A stretch of 64,000 bases of DNA from Eubacteriales bacterium (GTDB taxonomy: Bacteria; Bacillota; Clostridia; Christensenellales; CAG-917): positions 72,145-136,144 of the forward strand of contig DAOTKC010000001.1 in the NCBI GenBank assembly GCA_035449045.1, read 5' to 3'. Below are positions 48,361 to 59,785 of the stretch, piece by piece. The notes under the pieces are model-generated. The model did not search any database. It worked only from the letters and a program-made list of their open reading frames with translations, and was not told where the DNA came from. Each line of letters starts with the position of its first letter. The first letter of the stretch is position 1. Both the position numbers and the translations under genes were made by a program.

Positions 48361-50187
48361 TTATTCCAGAAGTATCAGAAACCCCAAAGGCGGGATTTCC
48401 GCCGCTCCTTCCATAAAGGAGCCTGTAAACAGGTCGGTGCCGCCGCGGGTGTGAAGAACCTTGGCGGAGGATGTGCTGTTGACGGCGACGGTCAACCGTT
48501 TGCGGCCGGACTTTCGATAAAAAATCAGCATGTCGGCGCGGCGGTCGAAGACGGTGTCGCCAAGTAGCAGCTCTCGGTGGCGCGTCCTTATATATCCCAA
48601 CTTTTTATAAAAGTCAAGTATGTCGCGGTTTTCTCTGCCCCAAGGGTAGGTTTTGCGGTTGGTGGGGTCCTCAAAACCCTCCACTCCGGCCTCGTCGCCG
48701 TAGTAGACGGAGGGAACGCCCGGCAGCGTATATTCCAGCACGGCGGCAAGCTTCAGCCGCGCCACGGCTAGCTCTTTGGCTCTGCCCGAAAGCGCGTAGG
48801 CCGCTTTCTGCGCCTTGGTCATGCCGCCGCCGCCCTGCCCCGAAAGGTAGGTTAAGGCGCGGACGGTGTCGTGGGAGCCGATGAGCGTCATCGATGCGTC
48901 GAGCGCTTCTTTAGGATAGTTTTCGATTATCGGCGTCACTTCATTCTTGAACGCCTGCGCGTCCGACGTCATTAAATAGTTTAAGATGGCGTGCTTGAAG
49001 GGATAGTTCATGACGCCGTCGAGCTGGCCGCCCAAAAGATAGGGGCGCATCGTGCCGTAGCTCACCTTGGTGGAGGCGTCTTCCCAGACCTCGCCCAGAA
49101 TATAGCCGTCGGGGTTGATTTCCTTGACTTTCTTTCGGATTAAATCGACGAAATCGGAGGGGAGCTCGTCGACGACGTCGAGCCGCCAGCCCGCCACGCC
49201 CTTTTTCATCCACTTTTCAATGACGCCGCCCTCGCCGAAAATCAGCTTGCGGTAGCCTTCGCTCGACTTGTTGACGGTGGGAACCACCGTTACTCCCCAC
49301 CAGCAGTGGTATTTGTTGGGGAATTTTTCAAAGAAGAACCAGTCCTTATAGGGCGAATCCTCCGACTGATAGGCGCCCACGCCGTCATAGTTGCCCCACT
49401 TGTTGAAATAGATGCTGTCGGCGCCGGTGTGGTTAAAAACGCCGTCGAAAATAATTTTAATGCCCAGTTTGGCCGCCTCCGAAACCAGCGTTTCCAGCTC
49501 CTCTTCGGTGCCTATAAGCTCGTCGAGCTTTAAATAGTCGCCGGTGTCGTAGCGGTGGTTGGACATCGAGGAAAAAACGGGCGAAAGATAGACGAGCGTC
49601 GTCCCGAGAGATTTAATGTAGCCGAGTTTCTCGGTAATGCCCGAAAGGTTGCCGCCGAAAAAGTCGTCGGCGCGGTAGTCGCGGTTGCTTTCGGCGGTTT
49701 CGGGAAGCTCGAACCAATCCTTATGGAAAGAGCCGCGCCGCTTGGTGAAGGGTATCTCGCGTCCCCGCTTGAAGCGGTCTACGAAAATATGATAAATTAT
49801 GCCGCCTTTCACCCAATCCGGTGTTTTATACCCCGCTTTCGTAACGGTTAACTGCCACATAGGCAAACAATCGCCTGTGGCCGCTGTGCCGTCGGCGCCT
49901 CTGCCGTAGAAAGTTATGCCGGCCTTGGAATGTGTTTCGAAGCGGTATTGCCATATTCCCGCCTCGGGAATAATGAAGCTTCCCTCAAACATCGAAAGCC
50001 CGCGGGTTTCGGGCTTTTTTTCAAGCTCGCGGTAAAAACCTTGGGAGTGTGACGCGCCGTGGGGGCAGAAAAAAACAGTCACCCTCTCGATGTCGAGGGT
50101 GGCGGGACAGGGAAACCTGAGTTTAAAGCTTTCGCCCGCCGCAACTGCGCCTACGGGCGTCTTGTGCACTAATGGATTAAAATACAT
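48361..50187 (-). CDS. glycoside hydrolase family 13 enzyme (neopullulanase/cyclomaltodextrinase-like alpha-glucan hydrolase)
   Basis: The four GH13 conserved regions are present: DGVFNHTG, GWRLDVVDE, ILGEVWE, LIGSHDT. There is an N-terminal beta-sandwich-like domain and no signal peptide. Confidence 0.85.
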   Translation of the reverse strand: MYFNPLVHKTPVGAVAAGESFKLRFPCPATLDIERVTVFFCPHGASHSQGFYRELEKKPETRGLSMFEGSFIIPEAGIWQYRFETHSKAGITFYGRGADGTAATGDCLPMWQLTVTKAGYKTPDWVKGGIIYHIFVDRFKRGREIPFTKRRGSFHKDWFELPETAESNRDYRADDFFGGNLSGITEKLGYIKSLGTTLVYLSPVFSSMSNHRYDTGDYLKLDELIGTEEELETLVSEAAKLGIKIIFDGVFNHTGADSIYFNKWGNYDGVGAYQSEDSPYKDWFFFEKFPNKYHCWWGVTVVPTVNKSSEGYRKLIFGEGGVIEKWMKKGVAGWRLDVVDELPSDFVDLIRKKVKEINPDGYILGEVWEDASTKVSYGTMRPYLLGGQLDGVMNYPFKHAILNYLMTSDAQAFKNEVTPIIENYPKEALDASMTLIGSHDTVRALTYLSGQGGGGMTKAQKAAYALSGRAKELAVARLKLAAVLEYTLPGVPSVYYGDEAGVEGFEDPTNRKTYPWGRENRDILDFYKKLGYIRTRHRELLLGDTVFDRRADMLIFYRKSGRKRLTVAVNSTSSAKVLHTRGGTDLFTGSFMEGAAEIPPLGFLILLE

Positions 50188-50305
50188 CTATCGGCCTAGT
50201 TAAGCCACAAGGGCTGTTTTATCATATGTAAATCGCCCGGTCGCCGCCATGCTCGGGCTCAATTCGTAAGCCTCAAAGCGGGTATAAGCGAAAATATCCG
50301 TTTTC

Positions 50306-51454
50306 TTAGTTTTCTGCCGTTTTGTCGCCGCTCTCTGCCGTTAAGGCGTCCATAATCTTTTTGGCGCGGTTTGCCCGGCCTCGCCTCGCGCCCTCGGACG
50401 CTACAACGGCCGCGCCGGCAATAAGCACGGCGGTGGCGAGCAGCAGACCGTAGTTGGTAAAGTCGAAATACTCTTTAACCGTGCCGTTCACGACGTCCCA
50501 TGCAAGGTCGGGTCGGTCGGTGATTATGGCGTCGGCGCCGTAGAATGCCAGCTCGGAAATATCCTTTTCGTCGTTGACCGTCCAGAACTGCACCAAAAGG
50601 CCGTATTTGTGGGCGTAGTCGATGAACTTTTTGGAGCCGAAGACGGGCACCTCAATCCCCAAGCGCTTGGGAAGCTGGAAGGCGACGTAGGGGATGTCTT
50701 CATTCGACAAATCCTTCCCCGTCAAAAACCAGCCTAAAAACTCTGCGCATTCGCGCTGTCCCGCCGAGCGCATAAGACCGGGCTTGGTGTCGTAGTAGTC
50801 GGATATCTCCTGATGGAATGTGCCGACTATGGCGTTATCCAAAAAGCCAAATTTGAGGAGGGCGTCATGCATAAGGTCGGTGGCAAGCTTGCCGCGCTCG
50901 CCTTCGTCCTTAATCTCTATTATAAACGAAAAATCCAATTTTTCGGCTTGTTTTACCGAAAAAAGATAGTTGAGCACGTCGGAAAATCTCGGAATTTTTA
51001 TATCTTGGGGTATATCCTCCCCTTTGAGTTTGAAGTAGGGGCTGCATCCGCAGTCAAAGTAGTCCACCGCCGCGTTCAGCATCGAAAGCTCGGCGTAGGT
51101 GTAGTCCTTGGGATAATACTTTTTCTTGGCGTCACCGTAAACTTCTTCGATGTCGGTCGTTCTGTTCAAGGTGTCGTCGTGAAGGAGAATGAGCTCGTTA
51201 TCCTTGGTGAGCCTTAAATCGAACTCGAAAATATCGACTTTATATTCGCGGTTAAGCGTCGCCTCGACGCAGGTCTTAAAGGCTAGCAGCGTGTTTTCGG
51301 GCGCGACCGAGGCGCCCGAGCGGTGCGCCGCAATCAGCGGACGGGGGCCCGGCATACCGTCCCACGCCGCCGCGATTCCGGCGGGAAAGAACGAAAACCC
51401 GAACGCCGCCAAAAACACCGCTATGTATATTAATATTTTAACGTTCTTTGCCAT
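50306..51454 (-). CDS. glycerophosphodiester phosphodiesterase family protein with N- and C-terminal hydrophobic anchors
   Basis: GDPD motif AHRSGASVAPENTLLAF. Hydrophobic N-terminus ILIYIAVFLAAFGFSFF and a C-terminal helix LLLATAVLIAGAAVVA. Confidence 0.8.
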   Translation of the reverse strand: MAKNVKILIYIAVFLAAFGFSFFPAGIAAAWDGMPGPRPLIAAHRSGASVAPENTLLAFKTCVEATLNREYKVDIFEFDLRLTKDNELILLHDDTLNRTTDIEEVYGDAKKKYYPKDYTYAELSMLNAAVDYFDCGCSPYFKLKGEDIPQDIKIPRFSDVLNYLFSVKQAEKLDFSFIIEIKDEGERGKLATDLMHDALLKFGFLDNAIVGTFHQEISDYYDTKPGLMRSAGQRECAEFLGWFLTGKDLSNEDIPYVAFQLPKRLGIEVPVFGSKKFIDYAHKYGLLVQFWTVNDEKDISELAFYGADAIITDRPDLAWDVVNGTVKEYFDFTNYGLLLATAVLIAGAAVVASEGARRGRANRAKKIMDALTAESGDKTAEN

Positions 51455-51576
51455 TATCCTTCCGTTTTTTGTCGAGCTTTTGCCGTTTTTACCAGAAAAA
51501 TATTAATTTTTATTTTTCAAAACCATGTTTTTTGCCGCGTGCTTTTTATGACTCCGAGATATATTTTTAGCCTTAA

Positions 51577-54000
51577 TTATACAATTCTTTGAATGTTCCA
51601 AATCCTGTCGGCGTATTCGGTGACGGCGCGGTCGGCGGCGAAGATGCCCGCCCTGGCGATATTGACAATCGACATTCTGTTGAAGCGGTCGCGGTCGGTG
51701 TAGACGGCGCCCGCTTTTTTGTGGACGTCGCTGTAACTTCTGAAGTCGGCCAGCACCATATAGCTGTCGGGCGGGCAGTGGTTGCCGATTAAAAGGCTGT
51801 CGGCGATTTCGGAGAAGGACGCTCCGCCTATACCCGTGCGCAGCGAGTCGATGACGGTCTTTAGGCACCTGTCGTTAGCGTAGTAAATCGAGGGGTTGTA
51901 GCCCTTACGATAAAGCTCGGCAACCTCCTCGGCGCGAAGGCCGAACAAGAACATATTCTCGTCGCCCACCGCCTCGTGTATTTCGATGTTGGCGCCGTCC
52001 AAGGTGCCCACGGTGACCGCGCCGTTTATCATGAATTTCATGTTGCCGGTGCCGCTCGCTTCCTTGCCCGCGATGGATATCTGCTCGGATAGCTCGGCGG
52101 CGGGCATGATTATCTCGGCGAGGCTGACGCGGTAGTTTTCCAAAAACACCACTTTGAGCTTGCCCTTTATGTCGGGGTCGTTGTTGACCAGTCTTCCTAT
52201 AAAATAGATGAGTCTTATGACCTGCTTCGTCATATAGTAGGTGGATGCCGCCTTGCCGCCGAAGATGAAGGTGCGCGGCGGGATGTCGAGGTCGGGATCC
52301 TCCTTGAGCTTGTAATACATGTCGAGGATGTTCAAGGCGTTCAAAAGCTGGCGCTTGTATTCGTGGATGCGCTTGACCTGAATGTCGAAAATGCTCTCGG
52401 GGGAAACGTCGACGCAGTTGCTGTGTCGGATGTATTCGGCGAGGCGGTATTTGTTGGCGAGCTTGATTGACGCCAGCGTGTCCAGCACCTCTTTATTGTT
52501 TTGGAATTTTAAAAGTTCCTCGAGAGCGCAGGGGTCTTTGAGCCACTTGTCGCCGATGAGATCATGCAGCAGTCCGGCGAGCAAGGGGTTGGCCTGCGCC
52601 ACCCAGCGGCGGTGCGTTATGCCGTTGGTGACGTTGGTGAACTTCTCGGGGTGCATATTGTAGAAATCTGAGAAAATGTCGTTTTTCAAAATCTCGCTGT
52701 GCAGCGCGCTGACGCCGTTGACGGTGTGGGCGGTGGCGAGGCAGAGATTGGCCATCTTAATTTGGTTGTGCTCCAAAATGGCGTTCTTGGACACCTTGCC
52801 CCAGTCGCCCTTGAAGTGCGCCCAAAGCTCGCCGCAAAGCCGCTGGTTTATCTCGGCGATAATCTGGAAAATGCGCGGCAGCAACGACTGGAACAGCCCC
52901 TGCGGCCACTGCTCGAGCGCTTCCCACATCACGGTGTGGTTGGTGTAGCTTATCACGTTTGTGGTGATTTCCCACGCCTTGTCCCAGTCGTAGCGGTATT
53001 CGTCCAAAAGAATGCGCATGAGCTCGGGTATGCAGAGCGTGGGGTGGGTGTCGTTGATGTGGATGGCGACTTTTTCGGCGAGGTTGTCGAGCGTCTCGTT
53101 GGTCATGAAATGCCGCCGAACTATCGACTGCATCGACGCCGACACAAAGAAATACTGCTGCTTCAGCCTGAGCGACTTGCCCTCGAAATGGTCGTCGGCG
53201 GGATAGAGCACTTTGGAAATGGACTCCGCCATCGCCTTGGCCTCCATCGCCTTGACGTATTGGCCGCGCGAGAACATCGCCATATCGAAATCGGCACCCG
53301 CGCGCGCCGACCACAGCCTGAGGCGGTTGACCGCCTTGCTGTCGAAGCCCGATATGCTCATATCGTAGGGCACGGCGAGCACGGTGGTATAGTCGCGGTG
53401 GTTGATTTTGAGATATCCGTTGTCCCAAGTTTGGTCGACGATGCCGCCGAAATGCACCTCGTAGACCTCCTCCATGCGGGGTGAAAGCCAGACCGAGCCC
53501 ATTTTGAGCCAGTCGTCGGGCTGCTCCATCTGAAGGCCGTCAACCAACACCTGCTTGAATATGCCGTAGTCATACATGATGGAAAATCCCGAAGCGGCGT
53601 AACCCAAGCTCGTCAGCGAGTCGAGATAGGCGGCGGCAAGCCTGCCAAGACCGCCGTTGCCTAAGCCGGGGTCGGGCTCGAGCGGATAGAGCTCGCCAAG
53701 GTCAAAGCCGAGCGCGCGCACCGCTTCTTCGGCGGAATCGGTTATTCCCATATTGAAAAGGTGGTTTTTAAGGGAGCGGCCGAGCAGAAACTCCATTGAC
53801 ATATAGTAGACTTGCTTGTCGTTCTCGGCGCGGACTTGTCTTTTGAATTCCAATCTTTTTTCGGTCAGTATATCTCTGATTACCATGCACACAGCTTGGT
53901 ATACTTGCGCTTTGCTGGCCTCTTCGGGCTTTACGCCGAAGTTTTTGGCAATCTTATCGGTAAACAACTCCTGCAGCTCGCGCGCGTTTAAACTCTCCAT
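51577..54000 (-). CDS. glgP: alpha-glucan (glycogen/maltodextrin) phosphorylase
   Basis: 807 aa with the PLP-site motif EASGTGNMKFMINGA. Confidence 0.94.
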   Translation of the reverse strand: MESLNARELQELFTDKIAKNFGVKPEEASKAQVYQAVCMVIRDILTEKRLEFKRQVRAENDKQVYYMSMEFLLGRSLKNHLFNMGITDSAEEAVRALGFDLGELYPLEPDPGLGNGGLGRLAAAYLDSLTSLGYAASGFSIMYDYGIFKQVLVDGLQMEQPDDWLKMGSVWLSPRMEEVYEVHFGGIVDQTWDNGYLKINHRDYTTVLAVPYDMSISGFDSKAVNRLRLWSARAGADFDMAMFSRGQYVKAMEAKAMAESISKVLYPADDHFEGKSLRLKQQYFFVSASMQSIVRRHFMTNETLDNLAEKVAIHINDTHPTLCIPELMRILLDEYRYDWDKAWEITTNVISYTNHTVMWEALEQWPQGLFQSLLPRIFQIIAEINQRLCGELWAHFKGDWGKVSKNAILEHNQIKMANLCLATAHTVNGVSALHSEILKNDIFSDFYNMHPEKFTNVTNGITHRRWVAQANPLLAGLLHDLIGDKWLKDPCALEELLKFQNNKEVLDTLASIKLANKYRLAEYIRHSNCVDVSPESIFDIQVKRIHEYKRQLLNALNILDMYYKLKEDPDLDIPPRTFIFGGKAASTYYMTKQVIRLIYFIGRLVNNDPDIKGKLKVVFLENYRVSLAEIIMPAAELSEQISIAGKEASGTGNMKFMINGAVTVGTLDGANIEIHEAVGDENMFLFGLRAEEVAELYRKGYNPSIYYANDRCLKTVIDSLRTGIGGASFSEIADSLLIGNHCPPDSYMVLADFRSYSDVHKKAGAVYTDRDRFNRMSIVNIARAGIFAADRAVTEYADRIWNIQRIV

Positions 54001-54037
54001 ACAGTCTTTTTCTCCTAAATCGTATATTATATGTTAT

Positions 54038-55456
54038 TCACAAATTTTGGTATATTTTTACGTATTCTTCCGCCGATTTGTTCCATGAAAAGTCTTTTTT
54101 CATGGCGTTCTTCTGAATTGTCTCCCAAACGGCGCGGTCGGAATAGGCCTTTGCCGCTCTCGCCACGGCGTCAAGCATATCTTTACCTTCGTAATTTTTA
54201 AAGGTGAATCCCGTGCCCGTGCCGCTTGCCTCGTCGAAGGGCTCCACGGTGTCTTTCAGCCCGCCCGTCTCGCGCACCACGGGTATGGTGCCGTAGCGCA
54301 TCGCTATCATCTGCGAAAGTCCGCAGGGCTCGAACTTGGACGGCATCAAAAAGATGTCGGAACCGGCGTAAATTTGGGAAGCCAAATCGCCGTTGAAGTT
54401 TATAATCGCCTTAAACCGTCCGGGATAGCGCTTTTCGACGTCTCGGAACAGAGTTTCGTATTTCCAGTCGCCCTTGCCGAGCGCCACCATCTCAATGTCG
54501 AGCGCAAGCAGCTCGTCGATGACGGCGGCAATCAGCTCCAGCCCCTTCTGCTCGGTTAGCTTTGATACGAGCGACACAATCGGCCGCTCCTTAGAGTAAG
54601 GCAAATTGACGAGCTCGGCCAGCCCCTTTTTGTTTTCGGCTTTTTTAGCGAGCGAGCGCGGGCCGTAGTTTTGGAAGAGCGCCTTGTCGGTTTGAGGGTT
54701 GTAAAGCTCGGTGTCGATGCCGTTGACAACGCCGAAAATTTTATATTTCCTTGCCGCGAGAATGCTCCCCAAGCCGTAGGAATAAAAGGGGAACTGAATT
54801 TCCCGGGCGTAGGTGCGCGAAACCGTAGTCACCGCCGCCGCAGATTCTATGCCGCCCTTCATATAGTTGGCGCCGCCATCGAAACGCACCAAATCGGCCG
54901 CCTCGCCCGAAAGCCCCAGTATATCGCCGATAAGAAACTCGCTGTATCTTCCCTGAAACTCGATGTTGTGAATGGTGTAGACCGTCTTAATCGCCTGAAA
55001 GTCCTCTGAAAAGCGGTAGAACACGTCCAAAAAGACGGGCACAAGCGCCGTCTGCCAGTCGTTGCAATGCAAAACATCGGGAATAAACTCGACGAGCCTC
55101 AAGACCTCGCACACCGCCTTGGAGAAAAAGGCGTAGCGCTCGCCGTCGTCGAAGTGGCCGTAGAGGGTGTCGCGCTTGAAGTAATATTCATTGTCGATAA
55201 AGTAGTAGGTTATGCCGTCGTAGGCCGCCTCGAAGACGCCGCAATACTGCCGACGCCAAGCTAAATCGACGAAAGTCGAGCCTTTGAAGCTCAGAAGCTG
55301 GCGGTAGACGGCGGGGATATCCTTATAGAGCGGCAGAATAACCCTGGCGTCGTGCCCCAGCTTTTTTAAGGCCTTGGGGAGCGAGCCCAGAACGTCGCCC
55401 AGCCCGCCCGTCCTTATGAAGGGCATGGCCTCGGACGCCGCAAACAATATTTTCAT
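54038..55456 (-). CDS. glgA: glycogen synthase (ADP-glucose type)
   Basis: MKILFAASEAMPFIRTGGLGDV N-terminus, 472 aa. Confidence 0.94.
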   Translation of the reverse strand: MKILFAASEAMPFIRTGGLGDVLGSLPKALKKLGHDARVILPLYKDIPAVYRQLLSFKGSTFVDLAWRRQYCGVFEAAYDGITYYFIDNEYYFKRDTLYGHFDDGERYAFFSKAVCEVLRLVEFIPDVLHCNDWQTALVPVFLDVFYRFSEDFQAIKTVYTIHNIEFQGRYSEFLIGDILGLSGEAADLVRFDGGANYMKGGIESAAAVTTVSRTYAREIQFPFYSYGLGSILAARKYKIFGVVNGIDTELYNPQTDKALFQNYGPRSLAKKAENKKGLAELVNLPYSKERPIVSLVSKLTEQKGLELIAAVIDELLALDIEMVALGKGDWKYETLFRDVEKRYPGRFKAIINFNGDLASQIYAGSDIFLMPSKFEPCGLSQMIAMRYGTIPVVRETGGLKDTVEPFDEASGTGTGFTFKNYEGKDMLDAVARAAKAYSDRAVWETIQKNAMKKDFSWNKSAEEYVKIYQNL

Positions 55457-55508
55457 TTTTAACCTCCCGAAGCTTAAGCTTCAAGTGAAGTAATTCGTTT
55501 ATTTTTTC

Positions 55509-56630
55509 CTAAACCGTCTTATCCTTGGCGATGACCATGGGATAAGTTTCGTAGCCGGCGAGCTTGCGTCCCTCGCGGATTACCACGTTTTTGTCGGTTA
55601 TGGTGTAGTCGATGTAGGCGCCGCGCATAATCAAGCCCTTTTCCATGACGATGGAATTCTTGACGACGGCGCCCGCTTCCACGGTGACGCCGCGGAAGAG
55701 TATGCTGTTTTCGACGGTGCCGTCTATGACGCAGCCGTCGGCGACCAGCGAGTTTTTAAGGCCGGCGTTATTTAAATATCTCGTCGGCACGCTGTCCTTG
55801 ATCTTTGTCAGTATGCTTCCCTTTTTATAGAACAGGTCATAGCGGATATCGGCATCGAGCAGCTCCATGCTGTGCTTGAAGTAGGCGGGGATTCTGTCGA
55901 TTACGGCGACATAGTCCTTAATTTCGTAGGACATAATCTTAAACTCTCCCAAGCTTTTTTGGATTATATCCTTCTCGAAGTCAATAAAACCGCGGGCGTA
56001 AGCGTTGTCGACAAGGGTAATCAAAAGGTCTTTTTTAATGAAGTAAATGCCGAGATTGATTAATTCCTCGGGCCCGCCGCTCTCACTCGTCACCGCGAAG
56101 CGCGAATCAATGACCCTGCCCGCCGAGTCGGTTTCTATTATGTTTTTTTTGGGGTTGAGCTCGTCCGTCTTGTAAGTCAGCATCGATATGTCGGCGCCAG
56201 TCTCGAAATGGAAGTTTTCGAGCTCGTTAAAATCCAAACTCGTCACGATGTTGGCGGGCGTCAGCAGCACATAGGGCTCCTTGGAGGAAATCAAAAAGCT
56301 TCTAAGGGAATACAGCGCGTCGATTTTGCCTTTATAGACCTCGTGCAATGTATTCAAAACGAAGGGCGGAAACACCGTTATGCCGCCGTTTTTGCGGTTT
56401 AAATCCCAGTCGCGGCCCATTCGGATGTGGTCCATCAGCGAGTTGTAGTTGTTTTTGGTGACGATGCCGACCTTGGTTATGCCCGCCGCCACTAAGTTGG
56501 AAAGCGTGAAGTCGATGAGGCGGTAGCGGCCGCCGAAGGGCATCGACGCCGTGGTGCGGTGTATGGAAAGGTCGTTTAACTGGCTGTCGTTGTCGCTCGC
56601 GAAAATGACGCTCATAGCGCGGTTGCTCAT
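55509..56630 (-). CDS. glgD: glucose-1-phosphate adenylyltransferase subunit GlgD
   Basis: 373-aa GlgC paralogue lacking the GGxGxRL motif, located directly after glgC as in Firmicute glgBCDAP operons. Confidence 0.88.
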   Translation of the reverse strand: MSNRAMSVIFASDNDSQLNDLSIHRTTASMPFGGRYRLIDFTLSNLVAAGITKVGIVTKNNYNSLMDHIRMGRDWDLNRKNGGITVFPPFVLNTLHEVYKGKIDALYSLRSFLISSKEPYVLLTPANIVTSLDFNELENFHFETGADISMLTYKTDELNPKKNIIETDSAGRVIDSRFAVTSESGGPEELINLGIYFIKKDLLITLVDNAYARGFIDFEKDIIQKSLGEFKIMSYEIKDYVAVIDRIPAYFKHSMELLDADIRYDLFYKKGSILTKIKDSVPTRYLNNAGLKNSLVADGCVIDGTVENSILFRGVTVEAGAVVKNSIVMEKGLIMRGAYIDYTITDKNVVIREGRKLAGYETYPMVIAKDKTV

Positions 56631-56631
56631 C

Positions 56632-57831
56632 TCAGTTCCCTCCTATCATCTGGTTGGCGGCGATTACTTCGCCCTCTTTGACGGTGTATCCGGGCGCGAC
56701 GACGGCTATCTCCCACTCGCCCGAAACCGGCGCGGCCAGCGTCTCGCCGACCTTGGCTCCCTTCTCTATGACGGCGTCCCAGCCGATTATGGCGTGGCGC
56801 ACCTCGGCGCCTTCGGCAATCTCCGCCGAAGGCATGATGATGGAATCGTAAATCTTGGCGCCCTTGCCTACCACCGAGCCGTGGAAAATAACCGAGTTCT
56901 CCACCGTGCCGTCGACGACGCAGCCTTCGCTTATTATCGAGTTCTTGACGGTGGCGTTGAATCCCACGAAATGGGGCGGTTCGGCGATGTTCCTGGCGTA
57001 AATCCTCCAGTTGCGGTCGTTGAGGTTAAGCCCCGCCGTCGCCGAAAGAATGTCCATGTGCGCTTCCCACAGGCTGGAGATGGTGCCGACGTCTTTCCAA
57101 TAGCCCTCGAAAGGATAGGCAAACATCCTCTCGCCGTTTTTGAGCATGGCGGGAATTATGTTTTTGCCGAAGTCGTTCTGAGAAGATTTTTCGGACTCGT
57201 CCTCGATCAAATATTGCTTTAATTTCTGCCAGTTGAAAATGTAGATGCCCATCGACGCCTTAGTGCTCTTGGGCTTCTTCGGCTTTTCTTCAAATTCGTA
57301 AATGGCGCCGTCGTCTTTGGTGTTCATGATTCCGAAGCGCGGCGCCTCCTCGATGGGAACTTCCAACACCGCTATCGTGCAGTCGGCGTTGTTTCCCTTG
57401 TGGAACTTGAGCATCTTGGAGTAGTCCATCTTGTAGATGTGGTCGCCCGACAGAATCAATACATATTCGGGGTCGTAACGGTCGATAAAGTCGATGTTCT
57501 GGTAAATGGCGTTAGCCGTGCCCTTATACCACTCGCCCGATTTGGCGCGCATGAAGGGCGGCAGAACGTAGATGCCGCCGCTCAGTCGGTCGAGGTCCCA
57601 CGGCTGGCCGTTGCCTATGTATTGATGGAGCTCGAAGGGGCGGTATTGCGTCAGCACGCCTATCGTGTCAATGCCCGAGTTAACGCAGTTGGAGAGGGTA
57701 AAGTCGATAATGCGGTATTTGGCGCCGAAAGGGACGGCGGGCTTGGCGACGTCGTTTGTCAAGACGCCCAGACGGGTGCCCTGCCCTCCCGCGAGCAGCA
57801 TCGCCACGCATTCCTTTTGGTTGATTTTCAT
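56632..57831 (-). CDS. glgC: glucose-1-phosphate adenylyltransferase
   Basis: LAGGQGTRL motif and a left-handed beta-helix C-terminus. Its start shares an ATGA overlap with the glgB stop. Confidence 0.94.
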   Translation of the reverse strand: MKINQKECVAMLLAGGQGTRLGVLTNDVAKPAVPFGAKYRIIDFTLSNCVNSGIDTIGVLTQYRPFELHQYIGNGQPWDLDRLSGGIYVLPPFMRAKSGEWYKGTANAIYQNIDFIDRYDPEYVLILSGDHIYKMDYSKMLKFHKGNNADCTIAVLEVPIEEAPRFGIMNTKDDGAIYEFEEKPKKPKSTKASMGIYIFNWQKLKQYLIEDESEKSSQNDFGKNIIPAMLKNGERMFAYPFEGYWKDVGTISSLWEAHMDILSATAGLNLNDRNWRIYARNIAEPPHFVGFNATVKNSIISEGCVVDGTVENSVIFHGSVVGKGAKIYDSIIMPSAEIAEGAEVRHAIIGWDAVIEKGAKVGETLAAPVSGEWEIAVVAPGYTVKEGEVIAANQMIGGN

Positions 57832-59744
57832 TGCTCTTCCTCCTTATCGCTATCCTTGAACGGTTTCAAAAACATTACCGAATTTGCGGGAATCGTCATC
57901 TTGATGCTGTTGGGCTGGCCGTGCATCGGCTTGGGAGAGGCGTTGAAAACAAGCCTCCTCGTGCAGTTGCCGCCGTATTTCTGCATTCCCGAAAGAAGCT
58001 CGACCTTATAGGGGACGTTCTCGGGCACGCCCATTAAATATTTGTTTCTCTCGACGCCCGAAAAGTTGACGACGACAATGACATAGCTTCCGTCCTTGGC
58101 ATAGCGCAAAAACGAAATGATGTTTTGAGTGTCGTCGTCGACGACAATCCATTTAAAGCCGCCGGGCTTGGTGTCGAGTTCGTAAAGCGCCTTATTGTTT
58201 AAATAGAATTCGTTCAAATCCTTGACGAATTTCTGCATGGTGCGGTGACGCGGGAAATCGAGCAAAAACCAGTCGAGCTCCTGCATATAGTTCCACTCGA
58301 TGAACTGGGCGAACTCGTTGCCCATAAAATTGAGCTTTTTGCCGGGATGCGCCATCATGTAGCCGTAAAACGCCTTTAGCTCCTCAAACTTGTCGTCGTA
58401 GCTTCCCGGGCATTTGCCTATCATCGACGCCTTGCCGTGCACCACCTCGTCGTGGGAGAGCGGTAGCACGTAGTTTTCGGAAAAAGCATATGTAATGCCG
58501 AAAGTTAGGCAGCTGTGGCAGCCCTTTCTGAAGAAAGGGTCGCTCTTTAAATATTTGAGGCTGTCGTTCATCCAGCCCATATTCCACTTAAAATTGAAGC
58601 CCAGTCCGCCGTCGTATGCCGGACTCGTCACCATGGGATAGGCCGTCGATTCCTCGGCAATCGTTATTGCGCCGCGGTGCTTGGAGAGCACCGCCGTGTT
58701 CATCTGCCTAAGGAAGTTTCTCGCTTCCAAATTATAGTTGCCGCCGTATTCGTTTTTGACCCACTCGCCGTCCTGGCGGTTGTAGTCGAGGTAGAGCATG
58801 GACGCTATGGCGTCGCAACGGATGCCATCGATGTGGTAGCAGTCGAACCAGAACATCGTCGCCGAAATAAGAAAACTTCTTACCTCGTTTCTTTTATAGT
58901 CGTAGACCAGCGTGCCCCACTCCTTGTGCTCGCCTTTTCTCGGGTCCTCGTATTCGTAGAGCGGCGCGCCGTCATATTCGAAAAGACCGTGCTCGTCGCG
59001 CGGGAAATGCGAAATAACCCAGTCCAAAATGACGCCTATGCCGTTTCTGTGGCAGCGGTCGACAAAGGCCATAAAATCCTTGGGCGTGCCGAAGCGCGAC
59101 GTCGGCGCAAAGAGGCCGGTCGCCTGATAACCCCACGAGCCTTCAAAGGGGAACTCGGTGACGGGCAGAAGCTCGATGTGGGTGTAATTCATTTTTTTGA
59201 GGTAGGGGATTATCTCGTCGCCGAACTTTTCGTAGCTGAAGAAATTGTTGTCGGGATAGCGCTTCCACGAGCCGATTTGCACCTCGTAGATGTTCATCGC
59301 GCTTTCGTAGGGATTATAATTCTGCCGCGCCTCCATCCACTTTTTGTCGCCCCAGCGGTAGCCCTTGAGGTCGTAGAGCTTGGATGCGTTGCCCGGCGCC
59401 GTCTCGAAGTGGAAAGCGTAGGGGTCGGATTTGAAAACGACCTTGCCCGGCGATTTTATCGCGAATTTATATTTGTCGTATTGTTTGAGACCGGGCACGA
59501 ATGCCGTCCAAACGCCGTTGTCGTCGCGTTCCATGGGATTTGCGCCCGGCGTCCAGCCGTTGAAATCCCCCACCACCGAAACGGCTTCGGCGCGAGGCGC
59601 GAAAGTGCGGAAACGCCAGCCCTCTACTCCGCCCTGAACCATTCTGGCCGGCGACATCAGTTTGTATGCTTCGTAATTTGTGCCCTCGTGAAAGAGATAG
59701 AGGGGATAGCTGTCCTGATTATTCAAAAATCGGGGATCCTCCAT
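57828..59744 (-). CDS. glgB: 1,4-alpha-glucan branching enzyme
   Basis: GH13 subfamily branching-enzyme regions. I set the start at ATG 59744 (MEDPRF..YLFHEG). The upstream TTG of the track ORF lies in the predicted promoter/TSS. Confidence 0.92.
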   Translation of the reverse strand: MEDPRFLNNQDSYPLYLFHEGTNYEAYKLMSPARMVQGGVEGWRFRTFAPRAEAVSVVGDFNGWTPGANPMERDDNGVWTAFVPGLKQYDKYKFAIKSPGKVVFKSDPYAFHFETAPGNASKLYDLKGYRWGDKKWMEARQNYNPYESAMNIYEVQIGSWKRYPDNNFFSYEKFGDEIIPYLKKMNYTHIELLPVTEFPFEGSWGYQATGLFAPTSRFGTPKDFMAFVDRCHRNGIGVILDWVISHFPRDEHGLFEYDGAPLYEYEDPRKGEHKEWGTLVYDYKRNEVRSFLISATMFWFDCYHIDGIRCDAIASMLYLDYNRQDGEWVKNEYGGNYNLEARNFLRQMNTAVLSKHRGAITIAEESTAYPMVTSPAYDGGLGFNFKWNMGWMNDSLKYLKSDPFFRKGCHSCLTFGITYAFSENYVLPLSHDEVVHGKASMIGKCPGSYDDKFEELKAFYGYMMAHPGKKLNFMGNEFAQFIEWNYMQELDWFLLDFPRHRTMQKFVKDLNEFYLNNKALYELDTKPGGFKWIVVDDDTQNIISFLRYAKDGSYVIVVVNFSGVERNKYLMGVPENVPYKVELLSGMQKYGGNCTRRLVFNASPKPMHGQPNSIKMTIPANSVMFLKPFKDSDKEEEQ

Positions 59745-59785
59745 AAAAATCGCAGGCCGCACCCAAAAGGCGGAGGCCAAAATTT